Assembly: GCA_030704615.1 (NCBI GenBank)
Contig: CM060731.1
Span: forward strand, 12,338,001 to 12,402,000
Reading direction: 5' to 3'
From: Takakia lepidozioides
Taxonomy: Eukaryota > Plantae > Bryophyta
DNA length: 64,000 nt
The position numbers were made by a program, and so were the translations under genes. Below, one piece after another: positions 12,693 through 24,484 of the stretch (its first letter is position 1; the number at the start of each line of letters is the position of its first letter). The notes under the pieces were generated by a model. It was given only the letters and a program-made list of their open reading frames with translations, was not told where the DNA came from and did no database searches.

Positions 12693-15109
12693 GGTGGATC
12701 GACGATGGAGTAACTCGCCTAACTTTCTTCTTGCACACAGCTCGCCTTGCTGTGTAAAAGAGCCCAACCCAGTGAGAGTTCTAGCTACTTGGAGTAACAA
12801 GTCCCTTTAACCCCAAGGGTGACAGCAATAGAGACTTCAGAAAGAAAGTAATGCCATAAAGTCCCCAGAAAGCCCAACTATCGCATGGGACAAGAACGCT
12901 TGTTACAGTGCAATGAAAGCCATAGAGGATGGACAACTAGCAAGCAAGTAAAGAACATATATATATCGCTGCTGCCCTCTCCCCTCCCCTCGTGACGAAC
13001 TCACGATCCAGAGATCCATGACATCCTTCCTATGAATTGCAAGTCCTGCAACGAGGAGGGGCCGATGTTCTACAGCGATCTTGTTGGGCAGCTAGGCAGC
13101 GGGCCATAGCGATGCATGTTTGAGGCATGCATTCACATGTGTCAGACTGCCCTCCAGTTCTACACCACCAGCTTTGGGCCCACCTCCTTCGCACTTCTCA
13201 GCCACCAATTTTTCTACAGACACGTGTCATATCTACAGCCTCAAGGGTTACCTGCACGGAGGTTGTTGGACAGCTGACAAGCCTCGCTGCGGTGTGAATA
13301 GTGTCACCACAGCATGCAAGGGATTCTACCGCGCAGTCTGAGCCACCAAACATGGGCTGTACGATCCTCCATATCTTGGAGTGCCCTCTCAGTTGAGCAC
13401 ACCTGTTTGGCACCTTTGATATGCTCCTTGTGGCTGTGAAGTTCTCTGTTTTTTGTTTTTGGGTTTTCCCTGTTTTTTCATGACCAGGATCTGAGGTTTG
13501 AAGGAAAAACTATATATAGAGAGATAGATATATATATCTATACATAATATTGACCTTCTTGAGCAACCTATTTTTGCTTGATTTTACTTTTTTGAAATAG
13601 AAAGCAAGGGGAGCCCTGATCATCATGATGAAATTGAGCTCCAAAGCTTGGGGGGGGGGGGGGGATGAATCTGAGATCGACTGAGGTTTGAAATGGCAAG
13701 CTGAAGGAATTTCAGAGCTCTCAAAAGTGGAGGTGTTGCTATTGTCTCTCATTATCTTGTTTCCTTGGTCTCTCCTTCTCTCAATTGGTTTTTACAGTAT
13801 TTTGTTTTTCTGTCTTCCTGTCTCTTCCCTTTGGCGTGCCCCTTAGGCTTCTGCCTTTGGTCTTTTTGTCTTGGTGACTGTTCGCTGGCTGTGCCCAATT
13901 GTCTTGTTGAGGTTAATTTTTAACTTTAATATGATTTTGGCCCGGGCTGCTTTCATTTTATTGAAAAAGGTAGAATAAGAAAAATGAAATGGGAAGGAAA
14001 AGGTAACCATAAGGCGAGTGCTTGTTAACCCTTCGAGTTAAGATAAATGGAAATGAGACAATTGTTGGTCCATGTATTTATTTGTAGTCCACTATGGGTA
14101 AGGCGATAAATCCAGAATACACTCAAATATATATAGAATTTTGACCAATGGTACATGATGGAACAAAACAATATAAGAGTTGCCAGCATGCATGATAGAA
14201 CTTGAAAAACAAGATTTGCATTTCGTCTCTATTGAGATCCCCTATAGGTGTCATCTCATTCCAGGCCACACATTTACATAGTACAGTGGTACACAAGGAC
14301 GGGGAGATACGGAGGGACGCAAGGACACTGCCAGGTAGGTAAGCAAGACCAATGAGAAAGAAAAGGCATGGACCGAGAGGAGCTGAGAGAGGAAGCTGAG
14401 ATCATTTTATCCTCCACTCCGCAGATGGAAGGATACATGCAAATGATTTACCCTTCATACCTTTACCGTTAAGGGTTAAGGGTTCGGTTAAATGGAAAGG
14501 GTACACATGTACGCACTGATAAATGATATACCCACCCAAAACTCAAAATAATCCACTGGGGGGTTTGTCCCTTTTCCCAAAAGCTCCCTAAAGGCCATTA
14601 GGAGGGGGTCACACCTGGGTTTTAGTCGTTGGGTGGTTGTAGGAATTTCATGGTACCCCTCAGTTGTGTACGTTATAGCCAGTTTTTTCCTGTTTGATAT
14701 AGTGGACTTTCTTAAAAATTAAAATATTCTGCAGTTATGCACATTATCTTTTTATCCATTTTTAGTGGGTATATGAGGAGGCCTGCTTATGTGCGGATAA
14801 TCCGACCAGTCACTAACCACACATATTATTGATAGGAAGATAATAGGAATAATGTAAGAACTTAATGCGAGCGCGTGAGGACGGTCCAGCCTTGACACCC
14901 CGTACCGCCGGTTCTCCGCCTCCGGCAGCCATCGAAAGCCAGCCGGCTGGGCTCGGTCAATCCCTCCCCACCCCCGCTCTCATCCCAGCGGCATTGTTGC
15001 CCGTCGCCGCCGTATAGACCACTGGATTTTGTCAAAGGTCTTTTCAAATTCCAGCATTAGCAGAGCCAGAGGGTGAACAGGTCGTTGTTCTGCTCCACCA
15101 GTCAGTCAG

Positions 15110-17060
15110 TTCCTTGTAACCCACACCCCCTGTAACCCCTGCATGTCAGCCCCTGTAACCCCTGCCCCGGGTGTAACCCTCACTCCATGTAACCCTCTGT
15201 AACTCCGCCGGGTGTAACCCTCACCACCATGTAACCCTCTGTAACACCGCACAGTGTCACCTATGTCACCCTTTGTAACCCTCACTCCATGTAACCCTCT
15301 ATAACCCATGTAATCCTCTGTAATCCATGTAACCCATATAACCTGTTGCAACCCATGTAACCCTCTGTGGCCCTCTGTAACCCTCACCCGGTGTAGCCCT
15401 CATCACCATGTAACCTTTTGTAACATCGCAGAATATCACCCTCACCCCTATGTAACCCTCATTCCATGTAACCCTCTATAACCCTTTGTAACCCATGTAA
15501 CCCTCTGTGATCTTCTGTAATCCATGTAACCCTTTGTGACCCTCTGTAACCCATGTAACCCTCTGTAACACCGCAGAGTGTAACCCTCACTCCATGTAAC
15601 CCTCTGTGACCCTTTGTGACCCTCTGTAACCCTCTTTGACCCTCTATGACCCATGTGACCCTCTATAACCCATGTAACCCCATGACCCTCATTAACCCTT
15701 TTGTGTGGGGTGTAACCCTCATTCCATGTTACCTCACATCATGTAATCCTCCCATTATGTGATCCCATATAACCCCCACCATATGTAACACTCACCCCAA
15801 TGTAACCCTCTGTAACTCCGTCGGGTGTAACCCTCACCATATGGGTTACATGGGTTACATTAGGGTGAGGGTTACCCGGGTGTAACCCTCGCCATATATA
15901 ATCCATGTAACCCTCACCCCTATGTGACCCTATAATCCTCACCATATGTAACCAATGTAACCCTCAACGTCGTGTAACCCGTTCCCCTTGTAACCTTCTC
16001 TCATTGTAACCCCGCACATTGTAACCCTCCCATTATGTAATCCCAAGTAACCCCCATCATATGTAACCCGCATCGTGTAACCCCAATGCAAGCCCGTATC
16101 ATGTAACCCCCTTTAACTCCGCCGAGTATAACCTTCACCCTCATGTAACCCTTTGTAAGTCCACCGAGTGTAACCCTCATCCCAAGTAACCCTCTGTATC
16201 CCATGTAATCCTAAGTAACTCATGTACCCCCTATAACTCCGCCGGGTGTAACTCTCAACCCTATGTAACCCTATGTAACTCCCTGTAACCCCCCCTGTAA
16301 CTCCGCCGCGTGTAACCCTCACCCCCATGTAACCCTCTGTAAGTCCGCCAAGTATAACCCTCACCCCCAGTAACCCTATGTAACCCTCTATACCCCATGT
16401 AATCCTGTGTACGCCATGTAACCCTAAGTAACTCATGTACCCCTGGAACTCCGCCAGGTGTAACCCTCAACCCTATGTAACCCTCTGTAACCATCTGTAA
16501 CCATATGTAACCCTATGTAATACCCTATAACTCTGCCGGGTGTAACCCTCACCCCCATGTAATCCTCTGTAAGTCAGCCGAGTGTAACCCTCACCCCATG
16601 TAACCCTCTGTACCCCATTCAACCCTCTGTAACTCCACCGGGTGTAACCCTCACCACCATGTAATCCTAACTCTATGTAACCCCGCATCATGTAACCCGC
16701 TGTAACCCTATGTAACCCTTTGTAACCCTTTGTAACCCTCACATATAACCCTTTGTACCCCATGTAAGGGTTGTAACCCCATGTAACCCTCCGAACCCCA
16801 TGTGACCCTCTGTGTCCTCTGTTGTAATACCATGTAACCCTCCGAACCCCATGTAACCCTCTGTGTCCTCTGTTGTAACACCATGTAACCCTCCGTACCC
16901 CATGTAATCCTCGGTATCCTCTGCAACCCTCTCATCCCCATGTAACCCTCTGTAAGTCCGCCTTATGTAATCCTTATTCCATGTAACCCCACATTATGTA
17001 ACCTCCACCACATGTAACTCCATCATCCCTATAACCCACGCCCATATAACCCCCTGCACG
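15110..17060. repeat. About 2-kb degenerate array of TGTAACCC (ATGTAACCCTC) motifs
   Basis: Very dense tgtaaccc copies, almost all on one strand, with a short inverted patch at about 15843-15880 and higher-order units such as gtaactccgccgggtgtaaccctcacccccatgtaaccctct. Confidence 0.95.
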
Positions 17061-18893
17061 TCAGCCCCGGTAACTCAGCCTCCTGTACACCATGCACGTG
17101 TAAACTATCCGACGGCCGAATGGAGGTTGAAATGGAGGCCGAAACCCTACTTTGCTCTCTCCATCCGTTTTTCAGATTCCTAGCTCGCTTGTTTTTTTGC
17201 TTTGGGGCATCAGCTTTCTGCAATTCCCGTGGTGCCCAATCGGCTTCACACATCAATGCGACAGATTTGTAGTTCATTCAGTTCAGTATCATCCTCCCAG
17301 CAACATGCAAGACAATGCTTTCCGCGTAGCGATCCGGCAAATCTATTACTACGGTTTTCTCTACGATTGATACGGTTGTCTTTATCATTTTTCTTTCTCA
17401 ATGTCATTCTTGTTGTTTTGTCACCGTCCCCGATGGCTATGGTATTCCTGAGATCCGCATTAGGAAAGGGTTTTGTTTCTTTCTGTCTAGCCATGGAAGC
17501 AGTCGCTCATATGACGGGGTGCCCATTCACTCTCCTCTCGTGTATCTTTTGTTCTCACACTAGTCGGGGCAGCCTACTCATCGCTATTCTGGATGCAATA
17601 CGTATCGAATCATGCGTGTTCTGCAAGCACTGTCAACCGGTTACATGTCTGATGGTTTATATGACAGCGTCACGTGTGCTATGGTTACACATAGGGGGTT
17701 ACATGGTGTTTTATTTCTCAATACATGGTGGCTTGGTAGACAGTTTAGTAATGGAGGTTTAGATGGGGTTTACATGGTTGATGGGTTACATGGATGTTGC
17801 GCTCGTGGAGCCACATAGGCTAGGGTTACATGGGTGGGGCGTTACATTGACTATGTTTACCTGGAGGTTGCATACTGATGGTTTGATATGACAGGGTTAC
17901 ATGGATGTTGTGTTCGGGAGTCACATAGACTAGGGGTACATGAGGTTGTGACGAAGGGTTACATCATATATGGGTACATGATGGAGGGTTACACTCCACG
18001 TGTCTCGCATGCGGGTAACGGTCGGTTTGTCGCTGTCCCAGGTTCAGGGTTACGGGTTACACCCCGCTATTCCGGGTGACACCGGGAGTTCAACTCACAC
18101 ATGTGTGAGTCAGTGCAGATGTAATTGATTATATGCCGCTGGATTTTAATGAACCGTCGTCTTTCGCATAACCGATGTGCCTTACGGGTGACATCTAGCT
18201 AGCTTCGTTCTTCATTCTTTGATCATTGTTCAGTTTTTCCCTTCTCGCAGCCATTTCCTATTCTTCTTGCACTCCCTGCTGTGCGTTCTTCGGAATTCTC
18301 TTAGTCTTGGTCTTGTCTTGTCTTGTCTTGCTCTTGCTCTTCTCTTATCTTCGGTCAGTTTTTTCTTTTGCCATGGCTGACTGCTATCTGTTCCCTGGAG
18401 AGGCTACTGTTCCATTTGATCACTTGAAGAGGGATGGCGAACGAGTTCCTTCTGGTACACTGAGCATGAACATGCTACAATGATCGCGTACTGCCACACC
18501 AGGTGTAGAGAGGCCAAGGTGGAGGAAGCAAAGGGCCGGCCTAAGTTCAAATAATCTTGCTTGTGTCTTGGCACTGATATATCAGTTTCAAGCCTACACA
18601 TGAAACATTTTTAGGAAGTTGAATGGCTCATGAAATGCATCTACTTACATTGACTCAGATAGCCATGTTCTTGCGAGTAGCGCTTGCTTGTATGTTTGCA
18701 CTGCTATGATTACCTTCAGGCTAGCAGTGGGTTTGAAGAAATGACATATGCAAAAAATGGATTCTAAAACATTAGCTGATATGGTCCTGCAACCAGCTTG
18801 TCATGGTACCTTGAGATATTATTCCATGCCCAACGTAGAGGCAGCATGTTCAATTATGAAGATAATATGATCTTCAAATGAAAAGTTGGTTTG
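15110..18893. mobile_element. Unclassified TGTAACCC-rich element, left part (interrupted by the chromovirus)
   Basis: Motif arrays flank exon-like coding fragments (17246-17620 -, 18373-18600 +); the same motif and a related peptide resume at 47467. Confidence 0.5.
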
Positions 18894-19512
18894 TGTCAAG
18901 GACGAGAACATGACTGAACACAAACAAGAGATAAGACTAGAGGTACAAGGCTAGACAAGAAGTCAAGGTCGGCGTGGCCGAATGCACGATGAGTAAATAG
19001 GAATCAAGACGATCTTTATAACAATGAACAAGAGTACAAAATATTGGAACACGACTTGAATATTGGAATGCTGGAAACTGGATTGGAGTACCAGATACTG
19101 GAAACTGAGCTAGGGTACTGGGAACTGGAAACAAAAGTAGCTTGAACTGGTGTTGGCGAGACTGAAGAGTGTCCAATCTCGCCTCCTATATATACTGGCT
19201 ACTAAGAAGCTTCCCCAAGAAGCTTCCCCTATGGAGGTTGCTTGCTGGAGAAGTTTCCAAGATTAAACAAAGGTTTCTTGATGAAGAAGCTTCCTTAAAC
19301 AAATGAGGTATCTTGTGGAGAAGTTTCCTCCAAATGAAGCTTCCTGAATAGTTTCCCAAGTTACTCTTGGTAATTTGGTAAACTTCCAGTAACTTGGTAA
19401 GTAATGATAAATCATGGTAAATCACGATAAGTCATGGTAACTTTCGATAACATGGTCTTGGTAACTTCTGGTATTTACTCCTGGTAAGTTCCTCTGGGCT
19501 ATGTCCGTGACA
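18894..19512 (-). repeat. 3' LTR of the chromovirus (619 bp, TGTCA...TGACA)
   Basis: TG..CA termini; adjacent purine tract tagaggagggggtga on the - strand; near-identical to 46903-47466. Confidence 0.92.
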
Positions 19513-19567
19513 TCACCCCCTCCTCTAGCGCCGAGTTCCTCGAGGAGCGGTAAAATCTTGGACTTAC

Positions 19568-19969
19568 TTAGAGTTGGAGAAAATCCAAAATCCGACGAAT
19601 GGTACTTGCCAAGTATTCGGCTCTTCGTTCTTGACTCAAATGATTTATAGGTCCCTGCAACCATCGATAGTGTCCAACACCTTGAACTTGGGACCACACA
19701 GTGATTTGAGCATTCTGATTTTCGAAATTGCCTTCAAACATGATTTCGTTGCCCTCTAGGTCCGAAGCCTCAATCTCCAACAAAATTATCAGACTTCGAG
19801 TAGGCTCCACTTGCCGTCGTACGGGGTCCAGACGAGGAAGTACGCGTCGCATTTGTGGCCCATCATCTCGAGAGTGTCGGCGTGATGTTGAAGGTCGTGA
19901 GAGTCGGAACGGCTGATCTGGTAGCTGGGTAAGCGACAACTCTAATGTATCTGGTTCCTGCGACTCCAT
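19568..19969 (-). CDS. Extra sense ORF between the chromodomain and 3' LTR, unknown product
   Basis: Uninterrupted frame MESQEPDTLELS...RRILDFLQL inside an otherwise stop-riddled element. Confidence 0.4.
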   Translation of the reverse strand: MESQEPDTLELSLTQLPDQPFRLSRPSTSRRHSRDDGPQMRRVLPRLDPVRRQVEPTRSLIILLEIEASDLEGNEIMFEGNFENQNAQITVWSQVQGVGHYRWLQGPINHLSQERRAEYLASTIRRILDFLQL

Positions 19970-20117
19970 ACTGCCAATACAAGATGCAAAAGTGCTGGAA
20001 GTGTAGCTATATATAGTGATGTGTGGTACTCCTCCCTCTTTAGCGTGTATTAGGTACATTGAATGCGGAGTCTTAACCTTGAAGCTAACTTGGTTGACAT
20101 CATCGTTGTGACGTCTT

Positions 20118-21438
20118 ATTGACGTGTAGCTCGGGGCTTAGCTGGATATCGTTGATGAAACTCTTGGACTTTGTCAGATGCATTGACGAGGTTGGATGAA
20201 GGTTCTCACGTTCGTTCGCTGATGTTGTAGCCTTTCCAATGTACGCAATACTAAAGACGTTTATACTTGATGCGAGAGTCTAAGACTTCGTCGACTTCAT
20301 ACTCAATTTCTTGATTGACTTCGATTGGTGGAGGTGGTACGGAAACTCTCCCTGGAATATTCGATGGATGATACAACTCCAATAATGAAACATGAAAGAC
20401 TGGATAGATGCGCATACTTCGTGGGAGTTCAAGCCGAAAACTGACCGGATTTTTGTCGAACAATTTTGAATGGGCCCAGGCGTTGATAATCCAACTTCCT
20501 TGATGGTCGCGAGGTTTGTATGTCCCGTCAAAGAAGCCACACACGATCTCCGATCTTGAACTGGGGTTGGAGTTGACGACGTTGATCTGCATACTCCTTG
20601 TATTGTTTTTGAGCTTCTACGAGGTGGAATGTAAGCTCCTTGTGAATCGTAGCAAGATGAGTAGCAAGGTTTTCTACAGCAGGGCTTCCAACAGTCTTCA
20701 TGTGGAAATGGTTTGCTCGAGGATGATGGCCATAATTGGAGGAAAATGGAGTTTGCTGGGTCGAAGAATGTATAGTGTTGTTGTAGGCAAACTCAGCCAA
20801 TGACAAAGGGTCCGTCCAATTATCTTGGTGATAATTTATCGTACAGCGAAGATACTGCTCCAAAATCTGGTTTACACGTTCGGTTTGACCATCAGTCTAT
20901 GGATGATTAGCTGTAGAAAGGTTGATCTTAGTATCCAATATGTGAAATAATCCCCTCCAGAAATTTGATATGAACTGTGGTCCTCGATCAGATACGATGT
21001 CCTTCGGGAGTCCATGAATGCGGTAGATATTATTGAGGAAGAGTCTTGCAGTTTCCTCGTCGGTAACTGTCTTATTACATGGAATGAAATGTGTCATCTT
21101 CGTAAAACGATCTACAATAACAAGGATTGAATCAGTGGTCTTGGAGATTGCCATTGTTTTATTGAAGCCGAAATGTCCTGCAGCCGGAAGATCATGACAT
21201 GTTTGAAGAATTCAAAGTCGTGTAGGTCCTGGAGGTACATAGAGAAGTCCCTTGAAATAAAGTAAGTCATCTTTGAACTCGAAGTCGTTTGTAACATGTG
21301 GGTTGTCTCGAGGTCGATTTAGTTGACTTCGTAGTGTCATAGCGAATTGGTCGCTCTTCAGTGCTTCATGAATCTCCTTTATAATCTCGACATCGTCATA
21401 GGTGGACATGGATAACATATTCAATTGGAGATTTGTTG
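20118..21438 (-). pseudogene. Chromovirus integrase + chromodomain
   Basis: ILVIVDRFTK, IVSDRGPQF, EQYLRC...[17 protein letters not shown] and [11 protein letters not shown]...YCVHWKGY...(W)EP; contains stops and a deletion. Confidence 0.9.
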
Positions 21439-21788
21439 TGTCAAGTTAAATAAACACAGTGTGAAACTAACTAGAATAAATCTAGTTATTTGTATTTAAC
21501 ACTTGGAATTAGTTCAAGTGTTAAGTCAGGTGTCAAATTTAGCTTGACACCTGAACCATCTTATCTTCACGAGCTCGTCAGTCGTGCGGCTCATCTCTCT
21601 CGAGTTGAGCCTGCACGACCGAGCTCCTTCACTGCTTAGAATCTAAGTGTGCTTATGAAGGGAGAATAGGATGTTGTGGGGTGGAGTCCCCATACCTTGG
21701 GGTGCCACTGGCTCGACTCTAGTTTTAATGAGTGATTGTGTTGTATTGAGTGTTTCTGTGTCAACAGTGTGAATCTAGTTTTCAATCA
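21439..21788 (+). repeat. Terminal repeat A1 of element B (350 bp, TG...CA)
   Basis: Reverse complement of 32255-32605. Confidence 0.92.
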
Positions 21789-22746
21789 CTCGAGAGAGAT
21801 GAGCTATCTAGTTTTCTAGTGCTAAGCTAGATATGATGTTTTTTTTTAAGCACTATTATAATATAACTTGGTAACCTATGAGTCTGCCCAGCGGAAGGAG
21901 CAACGCCGTCACGTTTGAAGGAGTAGCCAAGGCTCGCTGGAAGCTAGATGTGCAGGGGATCAATACTGATGCAGCAAGCAATGGAATGGGATTAATGCGG
22001 CTGCTGCTACGGGCAATGGACTGAGCGGGACTGTGAACAAGCTTGATAACGGACAAGCGCCGTAGGTAGCAGCAAGCGACAGATACCAAGATAGCTGCTG
22101 ACGAGGATGTACAGGCTAGAATGGGCAGGGAGCTCCACCGGCTGGTCCTAATGCAGGCCAACAGCTCTAGTGTGACCGGTGTGCATGCCTGCCAGAGCAG
22201 CAATCAAAGCAGCAAAGCAAACAGGGTTTTGATTTAGTCGCTACTAACCTTCGTTGCTCACCTCCTACTCTCTCAGATTGTACTGCCTTATGGTCTCTCA
22301 TCACTCGATGATGCTGGCCATCATTCAGATTTGAGTACTTCGTGTGTTTATCACTTGTTGGGCGATGGAGATGGAGAGAGGCGAGAGCGGGAAATGTGCG
22401 GGAAGCGGGCTCGCCAAAATATTGGCCTCCAAGGACCCCAAACAGCCCTCCAAATAGCCCTCCAAAGTGCTTCTTTGAAGAGGCATAAAGTGAATTTCTG
22501 ATTGACGATGGCGGAGTCTTTCCGGTGGTTTTGAAGCGGCTATTTGTTTGGAGGACGTATGGTGAGGCGGTATTCGTTGCATGTATGTTGCTTCTTTCGA
22601 TTTTTTTTGGTTGTACGTGGCTTCAGCGGGTTTGGTTCTTCCGACTCTGAGGCTTGGAGGCCGACTCTGGTTGTTGGCCAGCTTACGGGAACGATGTGAA
22701 GGTTCGATGGTTGATTATTCCTGGGTAGAGACTGACGAAGTAAGAT

Positions 22747-23501
22747 ATGCAAGCTAAGAAGTTGAAGGTGGGAGCTAAAATCTCTGTCTACTGGCCGGAA
22801 GACAACCTTTGGTATTGTGGCGAAGTTGTTTCTGTCAACGAGACATCTGAGACCTATGAAGTACTTTATGAGGATGAAGAGAGGGAGGAGCTAAACCTTA
22901 AGAAAGAAAGGTACAAAATCTGTAGGGATCACAGAACAGGACAAACAGAAGAGAGGGAGGTGTGGGTGGATGATGGAGACATGTCCAGGCAGCTTGCCTG
23001 CATTTCTGCTATTTTTCACGACATAGCTCCTGAGACTGATGGGGTCTAATGTCAACTAAGAACCGTCGACCCGGACATAGAGGACGCTCTTGAGTACAAA
23101 CAAAGCTGCCTTCCAAAGGGGTGTGCTCCAGTAGGCAAGGGTGGTGGCAGGCATGGCGTAAGGGCACACAGTCTGCTGTGAAGGTGGGCAGTGTCCCGGC
23201 GCTGGTGCAATACACATGTGAACTTGCTTCCCAACTTAGACCCAATATCACTACTTCTTGGTGGGATTCTAAGGGGGCAGAGTGGCGGAGACAACTGCGA
23301 GTTGCGCAAACCAGTGCTGACTTGTATCACGGTGTGACTGACTTACTGACCAAGGCAGTGGATTGGAAGTGTGCACGTCAACTGTTTCCGAAGTCTGATG
23401 GAGGTGGTGATGATAAAGAGAATCACAGAATTTCAGGGGGAACAGGAGAGCAAGCCTGTGGTGGTGCGTCTGTAACCACAAATGAATCCTGGGAAGTATA
23501 G
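22747..23501 (+). pseudogene. Tudor-domain + WHIM3/MBD9-C-terminal-like accessory gene in the element B leader
   Basis: KVGAKISVYWPEDNLWYCGEV...YEVLYEDEEREELNL (MSH6/PDS5-type Tudor), then after a stop and a frameshift AWRKG...ELASQLRP..WW...WRRQLRVAQTSADL...AVDW. Confidence 0.7.
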
Positions 23502-23860
23502 GCCGTCGTCAGGGAGTATGTGAGAACTACATGAACATGTTCGGAACCCGTAGATAACCTGGGAACAGCTTTTAATGGCGAGAACGTTTTGGTGTTAAAA
23601 AAATAAATAAATAAATAAATAAAACCCTTTTGATCTAATTTAAATGATTTAGAGCCTAATTGGTCCTATCTTTGTCAAATGGACGCCGTTTGACTCAATT
23701 TTTGGGGGGATAGCTGCAGAAAGGGAAATCTACCTATCTGGACTCTGCTAAAAATCTATGGAATTTTTTGAGTGTGAGTGTGTTATGAAAGATCCACAAT
23801 TCTGTTTCTAGAACCTGTTGTGGTCTACATGAGAAACAAATCTAGGGATGTCCTCCTTGT

Positions 23861-24484
23861 ATGGCTGGGGGAAATGAGGACGTAATTGAAGGGCAAGTCT
23901 CTTCTCTTAGCCTGTACACACAAGGGGACAAGATTTATGTTTCTCAAGGAACTCAGACTAATTTGAGTGGGGAGCAGTTGGACGAGTTGATTGCATACTG
24001 GGAGTCAAGCATTAGCAATAGACAACAAACTGCTGTAGTTGGCGTTGCGGGCCTCAATATTACTTTGGACAGTCAGAACTCTGTTGGAGCGAGCAGTTCT
24101 GCAGCTGTAGGTGAAATACCAAAGTGGGTGGAAGCTAGGCTTGGAACACAGTCAAAGACAGCCCCGGGGACCAAGGTGTTCAGCCACAAGGCCGTGGTGT
24201 ACTGGACCAAAGGAGCAGGAGCTACACAAGTTTTTGCAATCAGACATGGTTGCAGCCGGACACGCTCTGCACAAAGCAACCACGAGCGGGGGTTCATTAG
24301 CAATGACAAGTTTGTTCTACTTGAAGGAGATGCAGTCATTCGCAATGAGGACACTCGCAACCGTCTCAAAGCTTTCGAGTTGAGAGACTGTCAGACCCTA
24401 CCTTTATTTTCTTTAGTATTCAGTGAGCGGAAGATAGGGAAGTATTGCTTTGTCTCTACCTGGCAGAAAGAGGGGGAGGGTTAG
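23861..24484 (+). CDS. Second accessory ORF of element B (207 aa, unknown)
   Basis: Uninterrupted ATG-initiated protein-like ORF; no recognised motif. Confidence 0.45.
   Translation: MAGGNEDVIEGQVSSLSLYTQGDKIYVSQGTQTNLSGEQLDELIAYWESSISNRQQTAVVGVAGLNITLDSQNSVGASSSAAVGEIPKWVEARLGTQSKTAPGTKVFSHKAVVYWTKGAGATQVFAIRHGCSRTRSAQSNHERGFISNDKFVLLEGDAVIRNEDTRNRLKAFELRDCQTLPLFSLVFSERKIGKYCFVSTWQKEGEG

Noticed and set aside
13500-14860. Possible LINE and MITE remnants (also about 49930-50570 and 53690-53950)
   Set aside because: Too degenerate to define ends or domains by eye.
15110-17060. Interstitial telomere, and the many VT/GY-rich ORFs called here
   Set aside because: The unit is TGTAACCC with variable linkers, not tandem TTTAGGG/TTAGGG; the ORFs are translations of the repeat.
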